Assembly (NCBI GenBank): GCA_019240475.1
Contig: JAFAYI010000008.1
Coordinates: 12,980-76,979, forward strand
From: Acidobacteriaceae bacterium
Lineage (GTDB): Bacteria; Acidobacteriota; Terriglobia; Bryobacterales; Bryobacteraceae
DNA length: 64,000 nucleotides
Direction: 5' to 3'
Below the pieces are notes generated by a model. That model saw nothing but the letters and a program-made list of their open reading frames with translations. It was not told the origin of the DNA and did no database searches. The translations under genes were made by a program, and so were the position numbers. Below are positions 17,987 to 27,300 of the stretch, one piece after another. Each line of letters begins with the position of its first letter. The stretch's first letter is position 1.

Positions 17987-19642
17987 ATGAGCTTACGGAT
18001 CGCCCTGTTCGACACAACCTGCCACGTCCCGGAATGCCATCGGAACAAGGCAGTAGTTGTGGATCGGCTGGCGCGAAGCCGCTTTCCTCGGGATCTCGCG
18101 GGACACCTCGGCCCCAGCCTGGGCCGCCAGCCCTCAATTGTGCGCATACGCCGGCTTTCGGTGCGAGTCATTCTCCCTGCCTCTGATTTCACCGAAGACG
18201 CACTGTCGCTCGCGTGGAGCCAGGCATTCGGGAAGGCCTTGTTCACCGCACTCGCCTGTCCGGCAACCGCTGGGCCGGTTGAGATTTTTCGCGCGGATTC
18301 GGTCGCCGCGTTTATCGCGTCCGCGATTTGCGATCTGCTCAACGGCACGGCCGCTACTCAATGGCAATACGCCGAATTCGAGGATTTTTTCAAACGTGGC
18401 GCCACACAGGCTGCTCTAGGGTTGCTCTCTGAATGGCCGCTGCAAACGCTACCAGTGCTTCTGGAGCTTGCGCAACACGGCGTCCTCGCGCGCTTGCTGG
18501 CCCGGTTCGATGAAGTGGCGATGGAGCGGCTATTCACCATCCTCGCGCACCCGGACGACGCCGCCTCGGCCCGGCTTTCGCTAGGCAGTTTATTGGTTGC
18601 AGGCAGGCTCGCGCTTGTGCGGCCGCCGGAAAAATTGGCCGCGCTACGAACGCGTGCATACGCGCTCACACTTTTCGTAGAAGCGCACCGCATGTCGAAA
18701 CATGTCTTATCCCCACGAGAGCTATTTCATGCGCTACTCGCAATCGCCGTTTTGATCGATCCGACGACATCCTGGCAGGACGCGCTCCGAATGCATGCGG
18801 TCGCGGCGTCTTTTCCTTCCAGCGTGAAGGCCTTATTCGAACGATTGCGCAACCATAGTGAAGAGGAATGGCAATGTTCTCATTCCTCAGGCATTCGAGG
18901 CGCCTCCGATTTGCAAAACGGCGGTCTATCGCTCCCCGTCACATCTAGTCGCTCAAGAGAGCAGATTCTTGAGTGGAACCGGCTCCGGTCGAGCATGGCT
19001 GCTCAACTGAATCTGCCGGCGCCACCCCTGGCGGCTTCGGAGGTACGCTGGATCTCGACTGAATGGTGCGGTCTTTTTTTTCTTGTTAGTACGTTAGCGA
19101 GGCTCGGCTGGATCGCGGAGTGGAAGCAACTGGCGGTCTTCCAGACGGGTGGCGTTGCGTGTCTGGTGGCCGGCCTAGCCTTGACGATCGCTGAACAATT
19201 CAATCCCTCCGTGCCCATGCTCGATCCTGGAATCGCACTGTTCGCTGGTTACGCCGGCGATCCGGACCTCGCTCATTTGCGCGGCGTATTCCAGCACACC
19301 CCTCGCGCGGTCCGTCTGAGGGTATTGGAATCTGCAATTGGGCAGCCCCCCGTGGACAGTGCGGCCGAGAGTTGGGCGGAGACACTCGACCGCTTGGCAG
19401 TGTTTCTGGTTGAGGCCTTCGCCACGCGCATTCGCGGCTTCCGGCAGGCCACAAGACGAACCGTTCTGCAGAGCTTCATCGCTCGCCCAGGCAGGCTGCG
19501 CATCGAGCGCAGCCGAATCGTAGTGTTCCCGGCTCCCAACCCTTTTCATGTCGCGGTACATCTCTCCGGCCTGGACGCGCCGGTGGAAGCGGACCGTTGG
19601 ATCGGCGGACTCGCTATCAGTTTCGAATTGGGAGATCTGTGA
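17987..19642 (+). CDS. hypothetical Ala/Leu-rich protein translationally coupled to the AAA+ ATPase (tape-measure or assembly-factor candidate)
   Basis: ATG start; 551 aa. Its stop overlaps the ATPase ATG (TGATG). The sequence is helical and Ala/Leu/Arg-rich. No motif recognised, so the role is inferred from position only. Confidence 0.5.
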   Translation: MSLRIALFDTTCHVPECHRNKAVVVDRLARSRFPRDLAGHLGPSLGRQPSIVRIRRLSVRVILPASDFTEDALSLAWSQAFGKALFTALACPATAGPVEIFRADSVAAFIASAICDLLNGTAATQWQYAEFEDFFKRGATQAALGLLSEWPLQTLPVLLELAQHGVLARLLARFDEVAMERLFTILAHPDDAASARLSLGSLLVAGRLALVRPPEKLAALRTRAYALTLFVEAHRMSKHVLSPRELFHALLAIAVLIDPTTSWQDALRMHAVAASFPSSVKALFERLRNHSEEEWQCSHSSGIRGASDLQNGGLSLPVTSSRSREQILEWNRLRSSMAAQLNLPAPPLAASEVRWISTEWCGLFFLVSTLARLGWIAEWKQLAVFQTGGVACLVAGLALTIAEQFNPSVPMLDPGIALFAGYAGDPDLAHLRGVFQHTPRAVRLRVLESAIGQPPVDSAAESWAETLDRLAVFLVEAFATRIRGFRQATRRTVLQSFIARPGRLRIERSRIVVFPAPNPFHVAVHLSGLDAPVEADRWIGGLAISFELGDL

Positions 19643-21855
19643 TGGACGCCTACCGCGACAGCATCGAGCAAATCAGCGATGAGCTGAACCGCCTGGACCT
19701 GCTGATTCGCCGTGCCCTTATCCTCGCCAGGGACCTGCGCGCGTCTGGAAACGAAGAATATCGCGGACTGCTGATCTCTGAGCAGCAGATCGATCGAATC
19801 CTCGAATCCGGAGAGTTCTTGCACCAGCACTGGAAAACTCAGGAGGAAAACGGCGATAAGCTCACAGATTTAGACCAAAAGCTGGAGCAGGCGCGCAAGC
19901 GCATTGATCGGCGTTGCGAAATGACGGGCAACAAGGGACGAAGTCTTACGTTGCCCCACCTGGCCGCTCGATTTGGGTTGTCGCAGGCGGAAGTGGATCT
20001 ATTGCTGATCGCCATGGCGCCGGAACTGGAGACACGTTACGAAATCCTCTACGCCTATCTGCAAGACGACGTAACTCGCAAACGCCCTAGCGTCGATCTC
20101 GCCCTGAACCTCATCTCGCGTACCGGCCGCGAAAAGCTGATCGCACGACGCTTCTTCGCTACAGGAGCGCCGCTGATTCGGTTCCGCTTAGTGGAACTCA
20201 TCGACGAACCGCATGATCGGCAACCAACACTGCTGCGGAGATTCCTTAAGCTGGATGACTCGGTGCTGGGTTTCCTGTTGGAGCAACCTCCTGTCCGGCT
20301 TCCATTGGGTAATCGTGTGGAATCGCAGCAGAGCATCCAAAGCCTCGAACTCGACCCCATGACCCGCGTCGAGCTTCAAAACCTGGCGGACTCGCTGCAA
20401 AGCGCCGGCGCACCCAAGTCCCTGGTTCGCGTAATAGGCTCGGACCCGGCCGAGCTGCAGAGCGTCGCCTCCGCGTTGTCAAACGCTCACGAGCGACCGC
20501 TGATCGCTCTTGAGCTTGCAGCGCTCGAAAATGAATCCACCGACATCGATCTCCTAATTCGTGACGCAACACTTTATGACGCCGTGGTCGCCGTAGTTGC
20601 TCCTCCGGGCGAACCCTCGACCGGCGCGGAAGAGCCGCAACGCGTGGCGCAAGCGCGAAGGCGATTTTGGAATCTAGTGGAGCATGTCCCTCGCATCGTC
20701 GCGCTCGGTCCCGATAGCGTTTTCGGAGAGGCTCCTACGCACTTGCGTATCTGGAAAATCCAGTTGAAGACCGCAAACTTCGAGCAGCGCCGGCAAATGT
20801 GGGAAAGCGCCTTGTCTGAAACCGCTCATGATGCCGATGCAAGTCGTCTGGCCGACACGTTTCGATTCGGCGGTGCACATATACGCCAGGCGGTTGCTAT
20901 GGCGCATTCGCTCGCCGGAATCCGAGATCCCTCCCAACCTGTATCTTCCATGAGCGACCTCTTGGAGTCGGGTCGCGCTCTCAGCGGTTCTAACCTGCGC
21001 CGCTACGCTACGGTCGTTCAGCCCAGGTACTCGTGGTCCGACATTATTCTCCCCGACGAGAAGCGCCGGCAACTGGAACACATTGCCATCCGCGTCAAGC
21101 ATCGCCGCACTGTCCACTATGAATGGGGATTCGGAGAGAAGCTCTCGCGAGGAAAGGGACTGAACGTGCTCTTTTCGGGGCAATCCGGCGTCGGAAAGAC
21201 AATGGCCGCCGAGGTGCTGGCAAGCGATCTGTCTCTGGTCCTGTTCCAGATTGACCTTTCAAGCGTCGTCAGCAAGTACATTGGGGAGACCGAAAAGCAT
21301 CTGGCCGCCATCTTCCGGGAGGCGGAGATGAGCCAGAGCTTGCTGTTCTTCGACGAAGCCGATGCTTTATTCGGCAAACGCACAGAGATCAATGACGCGC
21401 ACGACCGCTACGCCAACCTGGAAGTCAATTACCTGTTGCAGCGCATTGAGCAATACGAAGGTCTGGTAATCCTGGCAACCAATATGCAGCGCAACTTGGA
21501 TGATGCATTCCTGCGCCGCATCCAGGAGGTGATTGATTTTCCCCTTCCCGATGAAATACTGCGCGAGCGCATCTGGCGTCGGCATCTTCCAGCCAACGCC
21601 CCGGTCGACGCAAGTATCGATTACACTTTTCTGGCGCGTCAGTTTAAGCTGACCGGCGGCGACATCAAAAATGCGGTGATGACCGCCGCATTTCTGGCGG
21701 CGAGCGGATCGAAAAGAATCGGAATGGCCGAGATGATCCGCGCAGTTCGCATCGAGCTTCAAAAGCAGGGCAAGCTCGTGATGAAAACCGATTTTGGCAA
21801 GTACTTCGAGGCTGCCCACCAGTCCTCCGATTTGTCTCAACCTTTGAAGAACTAG
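19642..21855 (+). CDS. AAA+ ATPase (Afp15/Pvc15-like CIS assembly/loading ATPase)
   Basis: Start at ATG 19642. The C-terminal AAA+ module has Walker A GQSGVGKTMAAE, Walker B LLFFDEADALFGKR, and ILATNMQRNLDDAFLRR. It has a long N-terminal region, as in eCIS ATPases. Confidence 0.9.
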   Translation: MDAYRDSIEQISDELNRLDLLIRRALILARDLRASGNEEYRGLLISEQQIDRILESGEFLHQHWKTQEENGDKLTDLDQKLEQARKRIDRRCEMTGNKGRSLTLPHLAARFGLSQAEVDLLLIAMAPELETRYEILYAYLQDDVTRKRPSVDLALNLISRTGREKLIARRFFATGAPLIRFRLVELIDEPHDRQPTLLRRFLKLDDSVLGFLLEQPPVRLPLGNRVESQQSIQSLELDPMTRVELQNLADSLQSAGAPKSLVRVIGSDPAELQSVASALSNAHERPLIALELAALENESTDIDLLIRDATLYDAVVAVVAPPGEPSTGAEEPQRVAQARRRFWNLVEHVPRIVALGPDSVFGEAPTHLRIWKIQLKTANFEQRRQMWESALSETAHDADASRLADTFRFGGAHIRQAVAMAHSLAGIRDPSQPVSSMSDLLESGRALSGSNLRRYATVVQPRYSWSDIILPDEKRRQLEHIAIRVKHRRTVHYEWGFGEKLSRGKGLNVLFSGQSGVGKTMAAEVLASDLSLVLFQIDLSSVVSKYIGETEKHLAAIFREAEMSQSLLFFDEADALFGKRTEINDAHDRYANLEVNYLLQRIEQYEGLVILATNMQRNLDDAFLRRIQEVIDFPLPDEILRERIWRRHLPANAPVDASIDYTFLARQFKLTGGDIKNAVMTAAFLAASGSKRIGMAEMIRAVRIELQKQGKLVMKTDFGKYFEAAHQSSDLSQPLKN

Positions 21856-21858
21856 CGT

Positions 21859-23751
21859 ATGGGCGCACCCGAGATCGTTTCCTTCGAAGAAGAGATCGCC
21901 TTCCGAAATCCGGCGAAAGCCGTATCGCCCGAACAATTCACCATTCCAGAAAGCGGGCACGACCCCACGGTTGACAGGTTTTTTGGCGCGAGCGCGCTTT
22001 CTGTACCCCACCTGAAGGCGCCGGTGTTGCAGCGCGCTCAACGCCTCTACGGGAATCAAGCCTCAGGGCAAATCGTCATGCGCGCCCGCGCACTCCAACG
22101 CCGCTGCGCTTGCGGAGGAACATGCGAGAAGTGTCAAGCCGCCGTTCTTAATACGCAAGGAGAACCGTTACAGTCTAGCTCCCGCCGCCCTCTTGAGAAT
22201 CATTTCCAAATCGATCTCGCCGACATCCGCATTCACACCGGCGCCGAAGCAGCGGAGTCCGCACGAAACCTCGACGCGCTTGCCTACACCAGCGGCCGCG
22301 ATATTTATTTCGCTCACGGGATGTATGCGCCCTCCAGCACAAGCGGTCACCGATTGCTCGCGCACGAAGTAGCACACGTAGTGCAGCAGAGTTCCGGCAA
22401 AGAGCCGAGCATCGCCACGAAGTCGGCGCACGGCCCGAAGATCGGCGCGCCGGACGACCCGCTCGAATACGAAGCGGAGGGAGAAGCCGAGGATTACATC
22501 CATGCTCGCCCGAGAGATACGAACGAAGCCGGAAAGCGCGCTCCTTTGGGCACGGGACCTGGATCCATCCAGAGACAATCCGCTCCAGGAGTCCACGTTT
22601 CCTATCCCACGGCTCCGCACGACAAATCAGCTCCCGAGGTCGAATCGATGTACCGGCGCGCGGGATTGCAGGATGCGGCAAATGCAGTCCGACAATGTCG
22701 CGAAGGCAATTGTTCCCATGTGCTCACAGAGGCGGAGGCCTATGAGGCCTATCGAACGGGAAGATTGAGTGCGGGATTGGGTGAGCCTTCAGTAGATGAA
22801 AGGCGAACATCATCTAGCCCAAATATTGCCGCGGGGGGCGTTCTTACCGGGGCCGTTGTCGCAGGAACGCTTCCGGCTGGACAGACTGCGGTCGGCGCCT
22901 CTGCCTCAACAGCCTTGGAACGAGCTGCGCTGCGCTGGGGCACAGCGGAAGTGATCGAGGGTGGGACTGCCGCCAGCACTGCAACCGTTACCGCTGGCAC
23001 CGTTGCTATCCCAGTCGCCGCCGGGATCTATTTGGTTGTAGCAACGGTCGCTCTGCTACGATACGCGAGCTTTCAGACGACTCTGCAACGAGAGGGTTAC
23101 ACAATTTTACCGAATCCTTTTCAGGTATGTATTGCCGGCTGTCATCAGCCAGCCGCGCCCGATTACAAACCGATCGATCCAGGGCTCTGGGAGCCCCTGA
23201 CTCCCCTTGGACCGTCCGATTTTTCAAAGCCGGACTTGGACGCGCTTCGCCGGTGGGTGGAAGCCGAACCTCAGCACCCACCAGGAAACGGGACTACTAA
23301 CGCGCCACCTGAAACGGATCCGGGGCTCTCTCGGCCGATCACAGCAGGGCCGGCGCCGAAGCCCCGACCTGTCATGGACCCTGCATTACCGGAAGCAGAG
23401 AAGCGAAAATGGGAGCGTTGCAATGAGCTGTACGAACAGTACAAAAAGACACAGGGAGACGAAGCGGGATACGGCGAGAACCTGCGACGGCTTCGACTCA
23501 TACTGCAGTCCGGGAACGCGACCCCGCCGGAGCGGCATGCCTTCTGCCTTCTACTTCGATTACGCATCCAGCTCGTGAAACAGTTGCTGAACCAGCGAAT
23601 GGAATACCTTGCCAACTTTTGTGATGAATTCGACTGGTTCAGCCGTGGCACTACCCCTCAACAGCGTGCTAATCAACACTGGCTGGAGGTGCAAAATGTC
23701 ACGGCACACCTGAATCAACTCGAAGGTTATCTGCGACAGTTCTGCCCCTGA
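21859..23751 (+). CDS. DUF4157-domain protein, candidate eCIS payload 1
   Basis: The ATG lies 3 nt after the ATPase stop. It contains CACGGTCEKCQ, then RPLENHFQIDLADIRIHTG..AYTSGRDIYFAHGMY..LLAHEVAHVVQQ (DUF4157 with HExxH). A Gly/Ala-rich hydrophobic stretch follows, then an unassigned C-terminal domain. Confidence 0.75.
   Translation: MGAPEIVSFEEEIAFRNPAKAVSPEQFTIPESGHDPTVDRFFGASALSVPHLKAPVLQRAQRLYGNQASGQIVMRARALQRRCACGGTCEKCQAAVLNTQGEPLQSSSRRPLENHFQIDLADIRIHTGAEAAESARNLDALAYTSGRDIYFAHGMYAPSSTSGHRLLAHEVAHVVQQSSGKEPSIATKSAHGPKIGAPDDPLEYEAEGEAEDYIHARPRDTNEAGKRAPLGTGPGSIQRQSAPGVHVSYPTAPHDKSAPEVESMYRRAGLQDAANAVRQCREGNCSHVLTEAEAYEAYRTGRLSAGLGEPSVDERRTSSSPNIAAGGVLTGAVVAGTLPAGQTAVGASASTALERAALRWGTAEVIEGGTAASTATVTAGTVAIPVAAGIYLVVATVALLRYASFQTTLQREGYTILPNPFQVCIAGCHQPAAPDYKPIDPGLWEPLTPLGPSDFSKPDLDALRRWVEAEPQHPPGNGTTNAPPETDPGLSRPITAGPAPKPRPVMDPALPEAEKRKWERCNELYEQYKKTQGDEAGYGENLRRLRLILQSGNATPPERHAFCLLLRLRIQLVKQLLNQRMEYLANFCDEFDWFSRGTTPQQRANQHWLEVQNVTAHLNQLEGYLRQFCP
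21967..22479 (+). repeat. copy 1 of a ~513-bp direct repeat encoding the DUF4157 cassette
   Basis: The encoded 171 aa (TVDRFFGA..DPLE.EAE) are near-identical to those of 24433-24945, with roughly 15 substitutions by eye. Flanking sequence is unrelated on both sides. Confidence 0.85.
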
Positions 23752-23753
23752 AA

Positions 23754-24263
23754 ATGACCAGCTCAGCGTATACCGCCGTCCAGCGTGCTTGGAACACGAT
23801 GCCCGCACCTCCGGTTGAGGATCTGCAATTGATGGAGTGGGGCTGGGGTGAGAAGGCTGCCCGTGAGTTCGTGGGAGTGGCGCCGAGCAAAGTGAATATC
23901 GAATCAGAGGGCTTCGCGGCTGCAACGCCACTTCTCGATCTGGCGCCTCGGGCAGCCGCAGCTTATCTTGGCCCCTATTTGTTGTCGCTGCTGGCTGGGC
24001 TTGATTTCCAGAAGAAGGTCGGGCTGTTCGATGACGTCCTTATTCGCGCACACACCCTCACGTGCCTGACCAGTCCAGAATTTTGGGCTGGAGTGATTCG
24101 TCCTTTTCTGCCCAACGAATGTCGCCAAGCCTTGGTCGAAGTAGTTGCGTATCTCTCCTCTGAACGCCGGATGCTTTCACTCACCGACGAGCAAGTCGAG
24201 ACCATGCTTGCCGAGGCAGGGCTAAAGAGAAGATCGGGTGAGACCAAACCATGCGGCGAGTGA
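23754..24263 (+). CDS. small protein immediately downstream of payload 1 (immunity/chaperone candidate)
   Basis: The ATG lies 2 nt after the payload 1 stop; 169 aa. No motif recognised with confidence, so the role is inferred from position. Confidence 0.45.
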   Translation: MTSSAYTAVQRAWNTMPAPPVEDLQLMEWGWGEKAAREFVGVAPSKVNIESEGFAAATPLLDLAPRAAAAYLGPYLLSLLAGLDFQKKVGLFDDVLIRAHTLTCLTSPEFWAGVIRPFLPNECRQALVEVVAYLSSERRMLSLTDEQVETMLAEAGLKRRSGETKPCGE

Positions 24264-24321
24264 TGCAGTGGCGTTCATCAGCATGACAGGCGGCTGTGCA
24301 GGAAACGGCTAAAACCCAGGT

Positions 24322-27300
24322 ATGAGTGCGTCCGCTGAGCCAGTTTCAATCGCAAAAGAAACCACCTCCCGAACTCCGGAAGGGGGCGCCCCCGCGCCTC
24401 AATCGACTGTCGCAGGAATCCAAGGCGATCACACGGTGGACCGGTTCTTTGGTGCGGACGCGCTGTCTGTTCCCCGCCTAAAAGCGCCTGTGTTGCAGCG
24501 CGCACAACGCTTGTACGGAAACCAGGCGTCAGGACAAATCGTCATGCGTGCGCGGGCACTTCAACGTCACTGCGCATGCGGAGGAACATGCGCGAAGTGT
24601 CAAGCCGCCGTGCCTGATACGCAAGGAGAACCGTTACAGCTTAGCTCCCGCCGCCCTCTCGAGAATCATTTCCAAACCGATCTCGCCGCCGTCCGCATTC
24701 ACACCGGCGACGAAGCAGCGGAGTCCGCACGAAACCTCGACGCGCTTGCCTACACCAGCGGCCGCGATATTTATTTCGCTCACGGGATGTATGCGCCCTC
24801 CAGCACAAGCGGTCAGCGATTGCTCGCGCACGAAGTGGCGCACGTGGTGCAGCAGAGTTCGGGCAAAGAGCCGAGCATCGCCACGAAATCGGCGCGCGGC
24901 GCGAAGATCGGCGCGCAGGAGGACCCGCTCGAGTCCGAAGCGGAGCGTAGAGCTGAGGAGTTCACTTCGCACCCGCAAACCGCTCTCACCGACGAAGAGG
25001 AACGCAAGAAGCTCTCGACGATCCCAGGGCATCCTCCCATTCAGAGGCAACCAGATCCCGCTCAACCCTTCTCCGAACCGGCGGCCGAGTGGCCCGCAAC
25101 CGAAAGCGCCGCCGACCTCGTCTGCAAAGGAATCGAAGATGACAGCATCGATGAAGTCGTCGCGCCGATGCGCGGCTTGTCCATCGCTGGTCTCGCTTCC
25201 GTGCGAACCGCTGTTCTGTTTCGAAAGACAACACTCCTCGAACACTGGCTGTTGCAGCGGCACGGTGGAAGTACGCTCGGCGCCATCGTTTCCGCCATAG
25301 CTGTGGGGACCACCTTCGGCACTCGTCCGAAGATTACAGCCACAGCGGAAGAAGGCATGCGGCTTCTCTGGCCGGCGCTGCCGCTAATCGATCGTCTCGA
25401 AGTGTACGACGAAGGATATCGCGAAATTGAGCAGGCCCAACTCGACGTCATTCGTGAATCCAGCCTGAAAGAGCGCGCCGAAGCTCTGCAGAAGCCAGAC
25501 CGGCTGCTCGCCATCTACAAAAACATGAGCGCCAAGGAGGAGTTCGAGGCGCGTAATCTGATGGATTCCAGCGAGGTGGCAAAAGGCGACACCGCGGTTC
25601 GAATGATCCAGAGAGGCGACGACAAAGACGTCGTTTATGACGCTCTCATCGCCCTTGATCGAATCGATCGCAAGTTCGTTTGGGACCAACACTACGACGA
25701 GCTTTATCATCTCCTCGATAGTTCCGAGTTCAAGCTGGTATCCACGCTTACTCATGGCTCGGAAGCGCAGATTATCATCGCCCGGCTACGTCTTGCGACG
25801 GAAGATCGCAAGGACGACATGGAAGCGGTCCACGCCACGGTGGATCGCGCCGTGCAGTTGCTTGCCGAACGCCGGCAACTCCGCGAGGCCCGCTCTGCCA
25901 AGTTGCTGACTGCCGACGACCGCGCCGAAATCGATCAGCGATTGCAAGAATTGGGCGAGCTTGATGAGCTCGTGAAGTTCAGGCGCACCGTTGAGGGCGA
26001 CCTGAAGAAGAACACCTTCATGGAACTGCTGGCGGGGGCCGAGGATCAACAGGCTGCTTTCGGTTCCGACATGGACCGGCTCCTGCAGTTTGCGCCTAAC
26101 GGCAGAGACTTCGCGCTAGAAGCCGCAAAGCAGCGCGTTCTAATCGCCGGTGGCAACGAGGATCAGCTAAGAAGTATTCTGCTCACCACGCACGCGCCTC
26201 AGGAGGCGGGCGACAAGAACAAACGGACTGAGTTGAAGCAATGGGAAGAGGACGTTGAATTCCGAAAAGAGCTCCTGAGCGATCCCCAGGTGAGAGAAGT
26301 CTTCGACGGACTCACTCCCGCCACGCGAATGCACGTCCTCTCCGCGCTCAAAGGCGACGCCTTTGACGACGCGCTGGAGCATCTGAACCAATTGAAGAAC
26401 TCCGCGCAATGGGGCGAGTTCTTTGCGCTCGTCCGCACGGTGGCTCTCAACCCCGATTGGCGGGAGCGTTTCATCGCGACTCGCACGCAGTATTGGAGTC
26501 TTTATGCATTCGTCTCGGGCGAAGAGCGCGAAATCATGGAGAAGATTCTCTATGACCCCGAGCACAAAGTGCCCATCATCGCGCTTTTGCGGTACACGGG
26601 CAGCGTATCTACGCTCAAGGCTGCCTTCGCAAACCTTCAGGAGAGCGACCGCGAACAGCTTCGTACCGGTTGGGCGATGGCCAACCATCCCTTCATTGGC
26701 CCGCGCTCGGAGCAGCAGGACACGGCCCTCACGGCGTTCCGGACTTTCGAACAGGAGCTTCTAAAGTCTCAGGGTTCCGATCACGAAGGCTACGAAACGA
26801 TTCTCACCACCGTTCTCGGAACCGCCCCCACTAAATCCGAGATCGCCACAGGCGAAGGCCGCTACAATGCCGCCGCGATTCTTGCCGAGCGTGTCGAAAA
26901 GCGCCTGGGGCTTGAGCGCGGCATTTCCGCGGAGTTCACTGAGACCGACGAAACCATGGACGCCGCCGGACGCCAATTCGCTGCGCTATGGCTTCGTCTG
27001 AAGGGTCAGGCCGAGCTCTCCATCGTCGACTACGCCACGCTCCTGACCCTGTACCAACAGTTCGATAAGCGTGCTGAGGAATTCGGCGAAGCTTCTAAAG
27101 CTATCACGGATGTTGCAGGCACCATCGCGGCGACACTTGCTGGAATCATTGTCGTAGTCGCGACCGGCGGGGCGGCCACACCCGCCGTTGTTGCCATGGC
27201 CGCCGCGGCGGGTGCGGCGGGTGGGTTCGTTGCACGCGAGGCCTTTGGGGGCGACTACTACACGGCTATGAGTAGCGAAGGCGGCCGTGCGCTGTTGCTC

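Noticed and set aside
22345-22390. The HExxH in the DUF4157 cassette (LLAHEVAHVVQQ) as evidence for an active zinc metalloprotease
   Set aside because: HExxH alone is insufficient and I cannot identify a third ligand or a Met-turn. The motif is family-wide in DUF4157, whose activity I cannot establish from sequence, so I kept it as a domain marker only.
24548-25300. 250-aa alternative-frame ORF, plus the antisense ORF 24634-25263, inside payload 2
   Set aside because: They overlap the DUF4157 cassette, whose frame is fixed by near-identity to payload 1 at the protein level. The alternatives are Arg/Ser-rich frame artefacts.
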